64,000 nt of DNA from Octopus sinensis (lineage: Eukaryota): assembly GCF_006345805.1 (NCBI RefSeq), contig NC_043007.1, positions 67,890,001 to 67,954,000 on the forward strand. The letters run 5' to 3'. The position numbers and the translations under genes were made by a program. The notes under the pieces were generated by a model. The model saw only the letters and a program-made list of their open reading frames with translations. It searched no databases and was not told the DNA's origin. This document shows, piece by piece, positions 49,957 through 64,000 of the stretch (the first letter of the stretch is position 1; the number at the start of each line of letters is the position of its first letter).

Positions 49957-50378
49957 TCTCTTTTACTTCTCTCTTTTACTCTTTTACACGTTTCAGCCAT
50001 ATAACTGCGGCCATGCTGGAGCACCGCCTTTAGTCGAAAAAATCGACTCCAAGACTTACTTGTTTGTAAGCCTTGTACTTATTTTATCGGTCGCTTTTGC
50101 GCAACCGCTAAATTTCGGGGACATAAACACACCAGCATCGGTTGTCAAGCGATTGTGGGAGAACAAGTGCAGCCACAAAGACACACATACACACACACAA
50201 ACACACACACACACACAAATATACACGACGGGCTCCTTTCAGTTTCCATCTACCAAATCCACTAAAGACTTTGCTCGACACGAGGCTATAGTAGAAGACA
50301 CTTGCCCAAGGTGCCATGCAGTGGGACTGAACCTAGAACCATGTGCTTGGGAAGCCAGCTTCTTACCTCGCAGCCACG
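49957..50378 (-). mobile_element. SINE family B, full length
   Basis: Colinear with other family-B copies. Confidence 0.88.
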
Positions 50379-50948
50379 AATATAATTGAAGAAATTGGAG
50401 TAGTACAGTTTGACATTTATTTATTCTTCGGTATAATTGTTCGACAAACAACGCAGTTCTCCTAAAATACAGGTATTTTATTTTGCAACTGTTTATTTTC
50501 ATAATGAGATCCAGTTGTGTTTCCTCAGGTGATATACGAGTGTTGTCTTCGTTAGTTTAAACACGTTGACTTCAAGGTCATTTCCTCAGTTCGTAGTGGT
50601 TTGAATTTAGTAGCGGCTTATAGACACATGTTGCGTATATATATACACGTGTATGTGTAGGCGTGCATATATGTGCGCACACGAAAGTGTGTGTATGTGT
50701 GTGAATGGTGTACATAAATTAATGTACGCGTATATCTATCATGTGCGTGCGCCTATGCTTATATGCACATGAGTGGTGTGGGAGAAAATATAAAGATATA
50801 TGTATCGATTTATATTTAATATATATATATATATCTATATATATATAATATTATATATATATAGGTGCATATCTGTGTATATATGTGCATCTGTATGAAT
50901 TTATTATATATATACGTGATATATGTATTGAATGTGATAAGTATGTGT

Positions 50949-51009
<61 letters not shown>

Positions 51010-51011
51010 CA

Positions 51012-51115
51012 TACGAGGAGGTGATGAAAAGTTCCTGGGTTTAAGGGTATAGTGAAAGGCCTCGTTGGTGGCCCGACTTTCTTTTAAAGTTCTTTAAAGG
51101 GCTTAGAAAATCTGA
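51012..51115 (+). mobile_element. Possible mariner-type MITE left end
   Basis: TA-cgaggaggtgatgaaaagttcctgg resembles mariner-type TIR starts; no matching right end found. Confidence 0.3.
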
Positions 51116-52265
51116 AGGACCACTGTGTGTGGAAATGAAACCTTACGGCAGAGATACAAGATTTCACAAACACAGGTAAGAATGTGTTTGTGAAATCTTG
51201 TATCTCTGCCGTAAGGCTTCATTTCCACAGACGCCAGCTGAATCCAATTCGTCCTTTGTCGAAAGACACCTGTTGTTATGTCCTGTTATTATTATTAATT
51301 TTATTGTATTTGTATAACATTGTCCGTTTTTTTCGTCCCTGTTTTTGTATACATTCGCTGCTTTCTTCCAAAGAATCTACTGCTCTTAGCTTAGTTTTTC
51401 CTTGGGGCTGGCCAGACTGGAGCAATCTCAAGTATAATCAGCCGAAATTGCAATGATAATCTGGTGCTTGACTGAGGAAAGAAAACTTCGAATGACCCGT
51501 CCTTGTTTTCTTGTATCGTCTATCTGGATGTTGTTTGTTGTCCCATTTTGTATATATATATATAGCGGCGTACGTACACTTTGGTCTCATATATATATGT
51601 ATATATATAGATATATATATATATACATACACACACACACACACACACACCACACACACACACACACACATATATATTATATATATATTTATCAGTTTAA
51701 TTCAGCTCCACATTACTTAAATGTTGTTAGGACACATTCACCTCGTCATATGTTCGAAGGCAGAACATCGTCCTCGAACATCTGATGTAGTCAACATGAC
51801 CTACACCCACAAAGCTTTACGTAATGTGGGATTGAATCATACATCTGTTAATACGGAGAAATAAAAAATACTGGAATAAAGAAAGTTTCTTGTAATACAG
51901 TTTGTATTTGTGGAAAATTGTGTCTTGCTATTATTATATCATAGATACGAGATGCATCATTCTTTTAAATACATTTGTATTTTCATTTATAATATTGTTC
52001 AGGTTTTGCGTGTTGTCTGAGGAAGTGTTTTTGTTCGTTGAGGCGAGCGTCTGGTCGACATTTTGTATTGAAAAACCAAATAGTAAAGAAAACATTTTCA
52101 AAATGTCATATTTTTCTATAAATATGATACAAAAGAAAGGATAAATGAAAACCACCACTACTTCGAGTAATAACAGTAATTCAGCTTTTGCGAAACTCGA
52201 TAAAATTTAAACTATATACCAGCCACAAATAATCTTGTGCTAACAAGGCATGAAATAACAATGGC

Positions 52266-52369
<104 letters not shown>

Positions 52370-53082
52370 AAGAAGAGGAAGAAATGGATCCCATGGAAGT
52401 CAGTAAGAGAATAAATGTTATTAAAATAGTATAGATACCAGTAATAAAAAATAGTTGTTGATTACGTAAGAATTGATCAAAATAATCTAAGCGCAGTGCA
52501 TAGATCTATTCTTATATAACTGATCATGCTACAATATTAAGAATATTTTAAGCACCATCCAACACGATGATCAATAAGTTTGGCAATGGAAAATCACATT
52601 TAAAGTTCAGAACATTTAATTTTTGCTGTAAAGTTATATGCGGGAAATTCAGATGACATGGGGAACATTAACGAACTTAAAGAAAGACCACTACGTGCGG
52701 ATTCTGTGTTGGTTGATTTGCGGAAAATTCGTAAATATATCATATACACTAGCGTGGCTAAAGTGTATGCCTCCCGGGGCGGCCCTTTAGTCTGCAGTCC
52801 CTGGAACCTCACAGAAAGTATATATTGCCTACAGCAGACCCAAAAGTGATACCGCCCCATAAAAGTGCCGCCTGGGGTCAGTCACTCTCTCCGCCCTCTT
52901 CTAGCTATGCTAGTGATCATATGACCCCAATTTTATTATTCAACTTCAACACTGTGAATTAAAATGAAAAATATATTTTAAATACGTTTTCCTTTTTCCA
53001 CTTTTCACTCTTCGATAAGAATTTCTCAACATAAAACGAGAAAAATCCCCCAAAAATTAGAAGCGATTCTCTCTCTTTAAGC

Positions 53083-53313
53083 AAGGGGTTCTCAACCATT
53101 CTTTATCTATGAGCTCCTTTGATTATTATTGTTCAACTTGTGTGTGTTGAACTGTGAAATGTTAGAGAAAGAAACCGAGCTGTTTCTTGCAATATTACTA
53201 ATATATATATATCCATAGCAAATTTTTTCAAAAGCCCTTACAATACTATAGGCGATCCCAAATTTACCATTTTGTTGCATAAATCTTATTTGGACCCAGG
53301 TTGAGAACCACTG
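53083..53313. mobile_element. hAT (Buster/Charlie-type) MITE
   Basis: TIRs aaggggttctcaacc / ggttgagaaccactg. 8-bp TSD ctttaagc at 53075-53082 and 53314-53321, with central TA. Confidence 0.85.
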
Positions 53314-53937
53314 CTTTAAGCCCCCACCCCTCCTCTTCTCTTACTACCATATTATGTAGCAGCATCCAGCGAGCAGGACACATGTATAGTTTAAATCTTT
53401 CTAGTAAATACTTCTTTATGTGCTGAACTGGTTGGCTATCTATAATGCAGTAAAGCCTTTAAAATATGTACAGACAGATATCCCTCGGTTTGCACGGCAC
53501 TCGGTTTATACGATTTCTCTTCAGCATGGCTTTAGGTTTAGTCGATCGGTTGAGTTTTTATTCTTTTCTGTTTCACGTGTACAGAAACTCTGCTTCGTAT
53601 TTTACCGTTTCTGGTTTTCAATCTACACTCTATATTCATTATCATGTCATACTTTTGATAGTGAAGTAAACTTTTAATCATTTTTATAATTTGTTAAATA
53701 TTTTCGAAATTAAATACTTGGTTCAGGTGTTAAGGAAGTGAGTTTAGAAAGTAATTATTAAAGATCAACTTCAAAATGGAGAAGGAAGGGCTCAACAGGA
53801 ACTATTTAATATAAATAGAACGACTGAAACGGTGTAAAATAAATAAAATAACATAGCAATTAAAGAACGAAGTAAAAGTTGAATCCTGTGTAATTACTGC
53901 TGGAACTTCAACAATTTTAAAACAGACACCATATAAA

Positions 53938-54067
53938 CTGAGTGGACTGGAGCAACGTGAAATGAAGTGTTTTGCTCAAGAACACAACGCATCGCCCGGT
54001 TCAGGAATCGAAACCACAATCTTACGATCACGATGCTGACACCCTAACCACTAAGCCACGCGCCTCC
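53938..54067 (-). mobile_element. SINE family E, head
   Basis: tggaggcgcgtggcttagtggttagg...ggtttcgattcctgaaccggg tRNA-like head. Confidence 0.85.
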
Positions 54068-54234
54068 ATCTTTAGTAGTTAATAAAGAAAAAACTTCTTC
54101 TTCTCTTCTTCTTCTTCTTCTTCTTCTTCTTCTTCTTCTTTTCTTCATCATCATCACTTCTTCTTCTTCTTCTTCTCTTCTTCTATCCTCCTCCTCCTCC
54201 TCCTCTCTCTCCTCCTTCTTCTTCTTCTTCTTCT

Positions 54235-54279
<45 letters not shown>

Positions 54280-54982
54280 ATATCTATCTATCTATCTATC
54301 TTTTCACGATCTCATCAACAAAGTAAACAGAAATCAGACAACGCGATTCCAGGTAAAATATGTCCGCAAATATAGGATGAAGAAATCATGCCGCATTTTT
54401 CATAATGGGGCTGCCTTATACAGACCGACCCAGGGCTAAACAACAGCAGCAACATTAACGGCGCCAAACAATGCACTAACTAACGAAAGAACGAAAGGTA
54501 GAAAGAAAGAACGGGAAAAGAATAACAGTTGTCAATGGAATACTAACTTTATCATTCCTAGATATGAAGGAATTATTAATAAATTTGATTTCCGTTTGTT
54601 TTTCTTTTATTCATTCATTTATTTATTGATCCTCGTCTGGCTTTACACAGAATAAGCTTAAAGGAAGTCTTCTATTTTCAGTAAACAAGCTCCAAGGCAT
54701 TAATTTGCTATATATGTATGTATGACTTACACACATACATGCTTACTCACATACATACATGCATATAACATACATTATACATAAAACATATACGCACACA
54801 TATTGGTGATATATAATTGTAATTATATATTTGGGCGAGAAAATAATTTATATGTGTGTAATACACGAATAACAACATAAGCTGCTCATCTTCAAACAAA
54901 ACATAAACACACACATACATACATACATACATACATACATACATACATACATACATACATACATACATACATACATACATAC

Positions 54983-55038
<56 letters not shown>

Positions 55039-55417
55039 CATACACAACATGCATACACACACCTATATATGTAATATATAAATATATATATATATATGCC
55101 TATATGTATATTATACACACACGTACATGCATGCATATATATGTGTATATAAAATAAATATATATATATTATATTATATATATATATATGATATATATAT
55201 ATATATATATATGTATATGTTGTTATGTACGCATGTATGCATATATTGTCTGATTAAGTAAGATGTGTTGTATGTTTGTATATATGTAAGTAAGTATGTA
55301 TGTATGTATGTATATAATTCATTCAAGATAATGAGTTGAAGGTAACAACTCGTATAAAATAGCGACGAAGTGACATATTCCTAACTTTCTTTTGTTTTAA
55401 GCAACTGGAAAGTGAGT

Positions 55418-55474
<57 letters not shown>

Positions 55475-56626
55475 CGGGGGTGTAAGTTTCTGGCAAATGA
55501 GGAGACTGGAATTACAGGCATAGATGTATATGTGTGGATAATAAATTCGATCCTACTGCGTAGAACCTGAGGCACGATGTTTCTTCTATCATACTTTCCC
55601 ATCAGACCTTGCTTTATGTATAAAAGGCAGTGCAAAGCTTTTCTATTAGTGAGTGACCGACTTAAATCGTAGTACTGTTTAACACCATCACTTTATCTTT
55701 TCAATGATTATGCCCAAACCACTTTGATGTAAGCATTTGGACAGGGTCTCGGTCTGAAGACAATTGTTCCATTCTTTTCGCAATTTGTAGGACTACATGC
55801 ATTACTATTCCTACTCTGAGGGAATCATTAAAAAGAAGATGAAGATAGGGATTGTGGTTTCAGTCCCCGGTCAAAGCAATTTATTTATATCGCTTCGCTT
55901 GCATTAGTAATGCCATCTGAAAACTCGTTGTTATTTGATGTCACATTTCCCGCCCTAAAATAAGCTTTTCAAACGAATGAAGTATTTTCTACCCGTCGTT
56001 GTCTTCGTCGTCGTCATCAACATCATCATCCTCTGCCTCCTCTGCCTCCACTTCTTCGTCGTCGTTGTCGTCATCAGCGTCATCATCATCATGGATATAT
56101 GATAATTGTGATCATCATCATGTTCATCTTCTTACCTACTAGTAGGAGGCTTCTGTTAACGGAATCATCACAAATAAATGACTTGTAGCTTAATTCTTTA
56201 GTTGCTCTTTCTCTCATAGTCATGTATAGAAAATTAATTTATTTTCTTTGTCTAAATCTTTCAAATCCAATTAGAATATAACACTGACTATGATACAAAT
56301 TATTTTATCAATTTCTGAGGATTACAAAGTGAATCCCGACAGGATTTGACTACAAAATACTAACAAGTGTAATATGTCTTAATGATGTAAGCGCTAATAT
56401 ACCTGATATGGCGGTTACAGCAACTTGTATTTATGAAGTCTATAGCTGTACCGAGATGAGACAAAAATCGTTGGTAAAATGACTACCAGTAGTGTACAGG
56501 AGTCGATCTTGTCATGTGTATTCCCCAAGAAAAGTAAGGACTTGTGCTATCTGTATAAAGGTGAAATAATTTTTTAATGCAGAACTTATAAGCTGCGTTA
56601 AGAATCATATAACGAAAGTAAATGTT

Positions 56627-56942
56627 AAAGAGCCCCTTCGGTCATGAATGACCATTGGATTGCACCTAGAAAGTTACCCCCGAGGCACAAGTCCAAGCAA
56701 GGTTGTTTATGGAAGACCAGCCGTCACCCATGCATACCAGACCCCCTCTACACGACAACGATGTTATCCAAGGGAAAGGCAAAAAGCCGTTACAGTTTGG
56801 CATCAGTCACGTCGCGACTCATTTCTGTAGCTGAATGAACTGGAGCAAACATAAAGTGTCTTACTCAAAAACGCAACATATAACTTGGTCCTGGAATCGA
56901 ACTCACTACCTTATGATTGTGATCCCAACGCTCTAACCACGG
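56627..56942 (-). mobile_element. SINE family E, near full length, diverged
   Basis: Family-E head at right; tail shared with 30885-31032. Confidence 0.75.
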
Positions 56943-57054
56943 AACCCTGGATTAAGGACTGGGTAACTTGTAATGACTTTAGATGTTGCGCAATAGATGA
57001 ATTCTCTTTTCTGTCATTAATGATATGAAACGTACTTATTAAATGCATTATATG

Positions 57055-57114
<60 letters not shown>

Positions 57115-57186
57115 TTAGGGAGTATACCCAAACTTACAGGAAAAAATTAGATTTAGGATTAAATCAAATTTCACAGTGTAAATATA

Positions 57187-57286
57187 NNNNNNNNNNNNNN
57201 NNNNNNNNNNNNNNNNNNNNNNNNNNNNNNNNNNNNNNNNNNNNNNNNNNNNNNNNNNNNNNNNNNNNNNNNNNNNNNNNNNNNNN
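57187..57286. other. Assembly gap (100 N)
   Basis: Run of n characters. Confidence 1.
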
Positions 57287-58346
57287 GGAGTTCCTATTAA
57301 GAGCTAGTTTATCGGAAAATATTTTATTGCTAAAACTCCAGGGATTATTTGGTAAATTACATTTGACGTTTAATGAGAAAAAGTAAATTGAACTAAATGA
57401 TTTTCTGATATCTTTTTCTGTTAGCATCTGGCAAAAGATTATGGTTGTAATATGTCTTATCTTTAGGCTCGCTTGTTGTTAGTGTGATATTCTTGTAAAG
57501 GGCAGTTATACTGAAGATATCATTATTTGAATATTTGAATATAAGTTAGAAATTATTCGACTAATATTTGTGGTCATATTTTGAAAAACTATCGGTGGAT
57601 AGCGGGTGTTAGTTAATGTAGGTGAGTTTGCATATGCTCAGATGAAACGAAAAATCTGTGCCATGTACGTTAAAGTCATATAAAAATATTTCCCAAAGCT
57701 AAAAAAAATCCCATGAAAGTTAGTAAAATGTTTCTTAGGCCTAACTGTTGAACATTTCTTCATTGACTAGAATAATAGAGCGTCGGAAACAATGTCTTGC
57801 AGTATTTATATACTTTCCTTTAAATTCTGAGTCTAAAACTCACCGGGTTTGACTCTTGGAGATGACTACACTAACGGTTTGTAAGCGGATAAAAAATGTT
57901 CCATTGAGACTGCAGGGTCCTTCACAGCCTGACTGAACCTCCCTACTGAAAGACAACTGGATAATTCAGCTTCTCTCTCTCTTTGAATCATGTCCAAGTA
58001 CGAGAAATGAAAGGCAGTCGGAACTGTAAGGGCCTTTGCTCCAACCTAGGTTGTGGCTTGTCACCTATTTGATGAATAGACCCTCTTCTAGAGATACAAA
58101 GAAAAACAATAACACACACATGAACTGCACAGAAACTAATAAGGTAAGAATAAAAGCATTGATTTATGTCATTTAGGAAGAAAATATGTAACATACGTGA
58201 CACAAACAACAATAATATATGCGAAGTCAGTAACGAAAGATAAATCCAAGACTGCTTTTTATTCCATTTCTTTCTACTGTTGTAAATTCCTGCATAAATT
58301 GTTGAGTGTCTTGGTGATGTTATCCCACCCGTGGCTAATTTAATGA

Positions 58347-58390
<44 letters not shown>

Positions 58391-58421
58391 GATTATTTCT
58401 ATTTTTATTATTACTATTATT

Positions 58422-58592
58422 AAGGAGGTGAGTTGGCAGAATCGTTAGCACGCTGAACGAAATGCTTAGCGGTATTTCGTCTGTCGTTATGTTCTGAGTT
58501 CAAATTCCACCAAAGTTAACTTTGCCCTTCATCCTTTCGGGGTCAACAAATTAACTCCTAAAATTCCAGGCCTTGTGCCTATAGTAGAAAGG

Positions 58593-58593
<1 letters not shown>
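58422..58593 (+). mobile_element. SINE family A with internal deletion, between (ATT)n tracts
   Basis: aaggaggtgagttggcagaatcgttagcac...ccttgtgcctatagtagaaagg. Confidence 0.8.
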
Positions 58594-58652
<59 letters not shown>

Positions 58653-59208
58653 GAGTGAGAGAGCAGTAAATGCCATCAAAGCGACACTAGGGGTGAAATA
58701 TACGAAGCTGAGTATACCCATCATGACTACCCATCTGATAAGGGCACACCAGGTACATGCATCACAACCATATGTGCACGACACGGTGATCTCATATCAA
58801 GATAAACAGCGCATGACCTTGCAGGTGGGGCCCACTTAGAATTTTCTTTAGGTCGAATAGCTCATCATGCTCAAAAAGTCCCTGAATAAGGATTGTTTGA
58901 TGATGTTGAACAAAGCACCCATGTTTCCAGAGGTGAATTATCCAAACCCCAAAGAATTCCTGTTAACACATGGCTATGATGCTCCCCTACTACTTCAGCT
59001 CATGATTAGAATGCACATATCGTCAGCCACTAGGGGACATGCTCAACTGGTTATGGTCAAACAACTGACATGCAAATCTGTAGTATTGAGCAGAATATTT
59101 GTTGTAGTTCATATTTTACACCAAGACAAAGCAATGGACATGATAATACTTCCAGTCAATTAAGATCAGAAACCATGAGAGCCACTGTCTGGTACTCCAT
59201 CAGGGCAT
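58653..59208 (-). mobile_element. (AAT)n-associated element, both ends present, older copy
   Basis: Reverse complement of 18171-18726, flanked by (ATT)n. Confidence 0.85.
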
Positions 59209-59235
59209 ATTATTGTTATTATTATTATTATTATT

Positions 59236-59712
59236 GAGTGAGAGAGCAGTGCATGTCATCAAAGTGACACTGGGGTAAAATATACGAAGCCCAATATACC
59301 CATCATGACTACCCGTCTGATAAGGGTACACCAGGCACATACATCACAACCATATGAGCGCGACATGGTCATCTCATATCAAAATAAACAGCACATGACC
59401 TTGCAGGTGGGGCCCAGTTAGAATTTTCTTCAGGTTGAGTAGCCCATCCCGCTCAAAAGGTCCCTGAATAAGGGTTGTTTAAGGATGTTGAAAGAACCAC
59501 CCATGTTTCCAGAGGTGAATTATTCAAACCCCAAAGAATCCCTCTCAACACATGGCTATGATGCTCCCCCACTACTTCTGCTCGTGATCAGAGATGCACA
59601 TATCGTCAGCCACTAAGGGACATGCTCAACTGGTTAAGGTCAAATAACTGACAAGCAAATCTGTGGTATTGAGCAGAATATTTGCTGTAGCCCATCTTTT
59701 ATACCAAGACAA

Positions 59713-59713
<1 letters not shown>
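59236..59713 (-). mobile_element. (AAT)n-associated element, truncated at the variable end
   Basis: Very close to 18171-18726 but lacks its first ~85 bp; flanked by (ATT)n. Confidence 0.88.
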
Positions 59714-59796
<83 letters not shown>

Positions 59797-61254
59797 GCTG
59801 TTATTATTATTTAAGACGTCGCACAGTATCTAATATCGTGATGTTGTTGATTGAAGATATTGTGTCTACCGAGGGTCTGTATTGTTTGTCAGGTCACAAT
59901 AAGGACTTCATATTATTATTGTTATTATTATTATCATCGAAAGTCTTAATTCGATATACTTTGAATGTGCATTTGCAGGTTATTACGGTTTGGGAATTTA
60001 ATGTTTCTTCATTATTCCTGTGTGAGCTATTTCAGAGAAGTTAACATTAATTTACATACAGATTGTAGTACCCACCACCGAAAAAAAAAAATTCTACATT
60101 TTATAGGTTGACAAACTTTTCAACAGTGACCGCACGGTTTGCGCATGTAGAAAGCATGATGGCAGCTAAAAGAAAACCGATAAATCATCCGCTGCACAAT
60201 GACTCCATTTGCAAGTGCCTAACTTCACTAGCGCTCCGCCAATGGCTGTGTTAAATACGCAAGGTTTTATTGTCGTACCCTGTATTTTTCTTCCGTTTGT
60301 TTACATATATCAAAAAAACTACTCTGCTCTTCGAAACTATTAAGCCAGAGTAGTGTCTGTTTATTCCTAGCGAACTATACTATCCAGATTCATGAAACTC
60401 AGCTCTCAATAGGAAATGGAACAGAAGAAAGCATTGCAATATTCAAATTTATAGAAATCCCAAAATAAATTAGATAATAATTAAAAAAAATACAAAGCCA
60501 GAAACGTCCTGTTCTCAAAATTATAATGCCAGGTTAAATAATGTTGCAAAAATGATGCAACACAAGGAAATTATGATATATTCCAATGATATTCTAGTGT
60601 GTTTGGCGACCACCTTTCTGAATTACTTCAAAGACACGTGATTTCAAGCTCCTAATCAACTTCTGCAGCAGATCAAGTGGAAACTCTTCCCAGGCCTTAA
60701 AAAAAAAAAAGTGACTTTATTGTTTTGGAATAGTAGTTTACGAAATGTTTTTTGGAATAGTAGTTTATGAAATGTTTTTTTTTTTGCTATGTTTAAAATC
60801 GATGTAGTTTTACTTGAATGTCTGTTTTTAATGACACAAAGCAAAGCAAACACACTTACACGCACGCACACGCTTATACACACACATACGCACAAGCAAA
60901 GCAAAACGAAACAAAACAAAGCAAAGAATTTGAAGAATAAGAATATCGTTCCATGCCATTTAGAAAAGAAAATACAATTTGCAACGTGTTTGTGATACAA
61001 ACAAAGGTAATTTTAACGAAGTCAGTAACAACAGCAAACAGTAGTACAACACAAACATAAATATTTCACCATTTGCTTTCGAATCTTTTAATGACATTAC
61101 CGAAAATGCAAGTAGATCCTCCTTGGCTCAGTGACGAGCTCTAAATTTCTGGATTTTAATCATAATGAGAACGTGTAAGCACATAGAAATATTACGGTTC
61201 ATGGAAAGAGCAGAAGCTACAATACTGGAATTAATGACGTAAGAAGGAGAGGGA

Positions 61255-61335
<81 letters not shown>

Positions 61336-61529
61336 TATTTATGTATACACCAAATGACGTTGGAAATAACTTTTACCTGTTAAAAGAATCGATACAGCTG
61401 GTGGTTTCGGTATACAGATTGAAACACCAACGCTCTCTTTTGGAAAATCAAAACGTTTCCAGAAACTTTGTTTGACATCATTCTGATTGTCTTGGCGTTA
61501 CTTAGCCCATCGGTAACGCTTTCACGTGA

Positions 61530-61733
61530 TTAGAGAAAAAGAGGGAAAAAGAAAAGAGGGAGAGAGAAAAGAGAGAGGGAGAAAAAGAGAGAGAGAAGCG
61601 TCCATTACATGAGGTAGAGGGAATGTAACTGTAACTATTTCACATGATTAGTTGAAGGAAAAGAGAAGAGAGAGAAAAAGGAGAGGGGAAAAGAGGATAA
61701 GGCAAAGAGTGAGACAGAAAGAGGGAGAAAGGA

Positions 61734-61764
<31 letters not shown>

Positions 61765-62010
61765 AAAGACGGAGAGAGTAAAAGAGGGAGAGAGAAGCGT
61801 CTATGACGTGAGGTAGGGGGAGCGTAATATTTATTATGTGGTTAAAAAAGTTCGGCGAAGGTAGTGATGATATAGTGGAGGAGAGTTAAAAATATAATTT
61901 TAGTAGAGGTCCTGATGGTGAGGTTAAAGAAAGGCAGAGAGAGCGGAAGAAGGGAGAGAGAGGGGAGAAAGGGGAGGGAGAGAGGAGAGAGAGAAGGGAG
62001 AAAGAAGATA
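61530..62010. repeat. GA-rich low-complexity tract
   Basis: Purine-only runs and (GA)n. Confidence 0.85.
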
Positions 62011-63313
62011 ACGGCGGTGGTGGTGATTGGATAGTGTATTTTAAAAAAATTGGACCAAGTTTTTTTATATCACCTATCACTTAACGCATGCACATAAGTG
62101 CAATTCCGTGAAATATTCAAGCTTATTTACGTGACAGATATATGCAATTTAACTAAAGGTTGTATCATATGTACGGGATATATTTTTTTTTTGCTTATGG
62201 GGAAAATGGAAAAAATAAGAGTGAATATATATTTTATGAGTGCTGTGTATTAAATCTATAAAATTGCGCATAAAGTGTATGAAGTGTATATATCAAGTGC
62301 ATTAAGTAATCATTGTATTCCAATTTCTTTCACGTTCAATGAGTTGCAGATGAATGACTATCTTTCCACACAGACACAACACAGGTTTCAGGTTTTTTGG
62401 ATCAAGTTTTCAGAAATAAACCAATAGGTTTACCATTAATTCTCTGAAATATCACGAGTCCCGCTAGTTTTATAATAAGGAGTTTATTGTAAATAGTTCC
62501 CAGGTATACAACAACCCACTGGGCATGTAGTGTACCGGGACATTGTGTACAGTGAGCTCATTATCGACTGTAGCTCTTCAAAAAGCTGAATTATCCATTT
62601 CGGTTACGATCCCTGAAGTCGACAAGTTGAAACGTTCCCCTACGCAATCAATATTAATGCCACATAGTCTTGTGAAGATAAGAATGCAGTAAAACTCACA
62701 AATGGATGAATACGTCCTGAAAAAGAGGAAGACATATCAGAAAAAAGTGATTTCAGTTAAAAGCAAAGTAAAATGCAAAAGAAGATAAATATTTGAAGAA
62801 TCTAATTTTTAAAATTAATTTACGTGATCCAATCAAACTCATAAAAGCTTCTTGAAAACAAACCAACTGCATCTGTGTTGCTGATATTTCCACCGTTTCT
62901 GTATATCATCGATGATTTATCATGTATTTATTATAAACAGTTAAACTAGTGTTCGAAAATTCTCTAAATCTCGCTGATGAAGGTATCACATATCTATACA
63001 TTTAATCAGCTAGAAAAACGATCATGTTTTCTAACAGTCATAAGAAAGGAAGCAAATTATGCGATTCATTATTTCGATGATGAACCAGGTTAAATTTTCA
63101 AGAGCCTTTTTGTTTAGTAGTCCCGATATGCTATTATACCAAAGCTATAAATCTGATGTTTTATTTTATTGAGCTCACTGCTAAATTCTCTGCACAAAAG
63201 AAATACTTTCGTTGCAATAATTGTATTGATTTTATAACACACACACACACAGACATACACACACATGTGTCTCTCTCTCTCTATATATATATATTATGTG
63301 TGTGTGGTATATA

Positions 63314-63392
<79 letters not shown>

Positions 63393-63656
63393 CCACGTAA
63401 TCACCAAGTTTGAAAGTTAATAACGAGATAGGGATTTGATTTACGTGAGTACTTCTCTGTCCAGTTATTATCTAATCCATCTAGAGTTAATGAGAAACGT
63501 CTAAAGATTAACGTCTTGAGACAATCACATATAACGATATATACGCAAGAATATACATAAGTATGTATAGATATGTATGTACATATCTGTGTATGTATGT
63601 ATGTATATATGTATTATTTATGTATGTATATGTGTATGTCTGTATGTATGCATATA

Positions 63657-63703
<47 letters not shown>

Positions 63704-64000
63704 ATATATGTACAAATGTATGTATATATATTTATAAATGTGTATTTATGTATTGTATGTATGTCTGCCCAGACATACACACACACGCACACATGCACAT
63801 ATATATATACATATACACATACAACTGCATATGCACAAATATCCATAAGAATATATAAATAAGTATGTATATGTAAGTATGTATATGTATATATATGTGT
63901 GTGTGTGTGTACGTATTTATATCTGTAAATGTATGTATGTCTCTACAGACGCATATATAATATATATGCTCACACATTTACATATAAACAATATCAATCT

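Noticed and set aside
62540-62700. Minus-strand acceptor tcttcctctttttcag| near 62680
   Set aside because: An isolated signal; downstream frames close quickly and resemble no known protein.

Overview
AT-rich, microsatellite-saturated eukaryotic (animal) DNA with one 100-N gap (57187-57286). The repeat families and simple-repeat density look like an octopus/coleoid cephalopod genome; this is inferred from recalled repeat families, not from a search. No host protein-coding gene can be confidently called, and nearly all supplied ORFs are microsatellite or SINE artefacts. The window is an intronic/intergenic transposon landscape. It holds four tRNA-headed SINE families (called A, B, D, E here) and a fairly young RTE LINE with an inverted 5' part, inserted into the internal (TA)n of a SINE. 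Decayed LINE remnants include Hero, R4/Dong, RTE-BovB and CR1/L2/Jockey-like pieces. DNA elements include two mariner 3' fragments, a hAT/Buster MITE, a Merlin-like MITE carrying TTAGGG repeats and a non-autonomous Helitron. Also present are Penelope-type repeats with minimal hammerhead-like cores and a ~556-bp element found only in (AAT)n tracts. I did not find a demonstrably new biological system. The best leads are the inverted RTE with a 20-bp junction duplication, a near-perfect 75-nt hairpin (48718-48792), the (AAT)n-targeted element, a minisatellite derived from a SINE tail, hammerhead-like repeats, and a possible minus-strand promoter and first exon near 33.0-33.6 kb.
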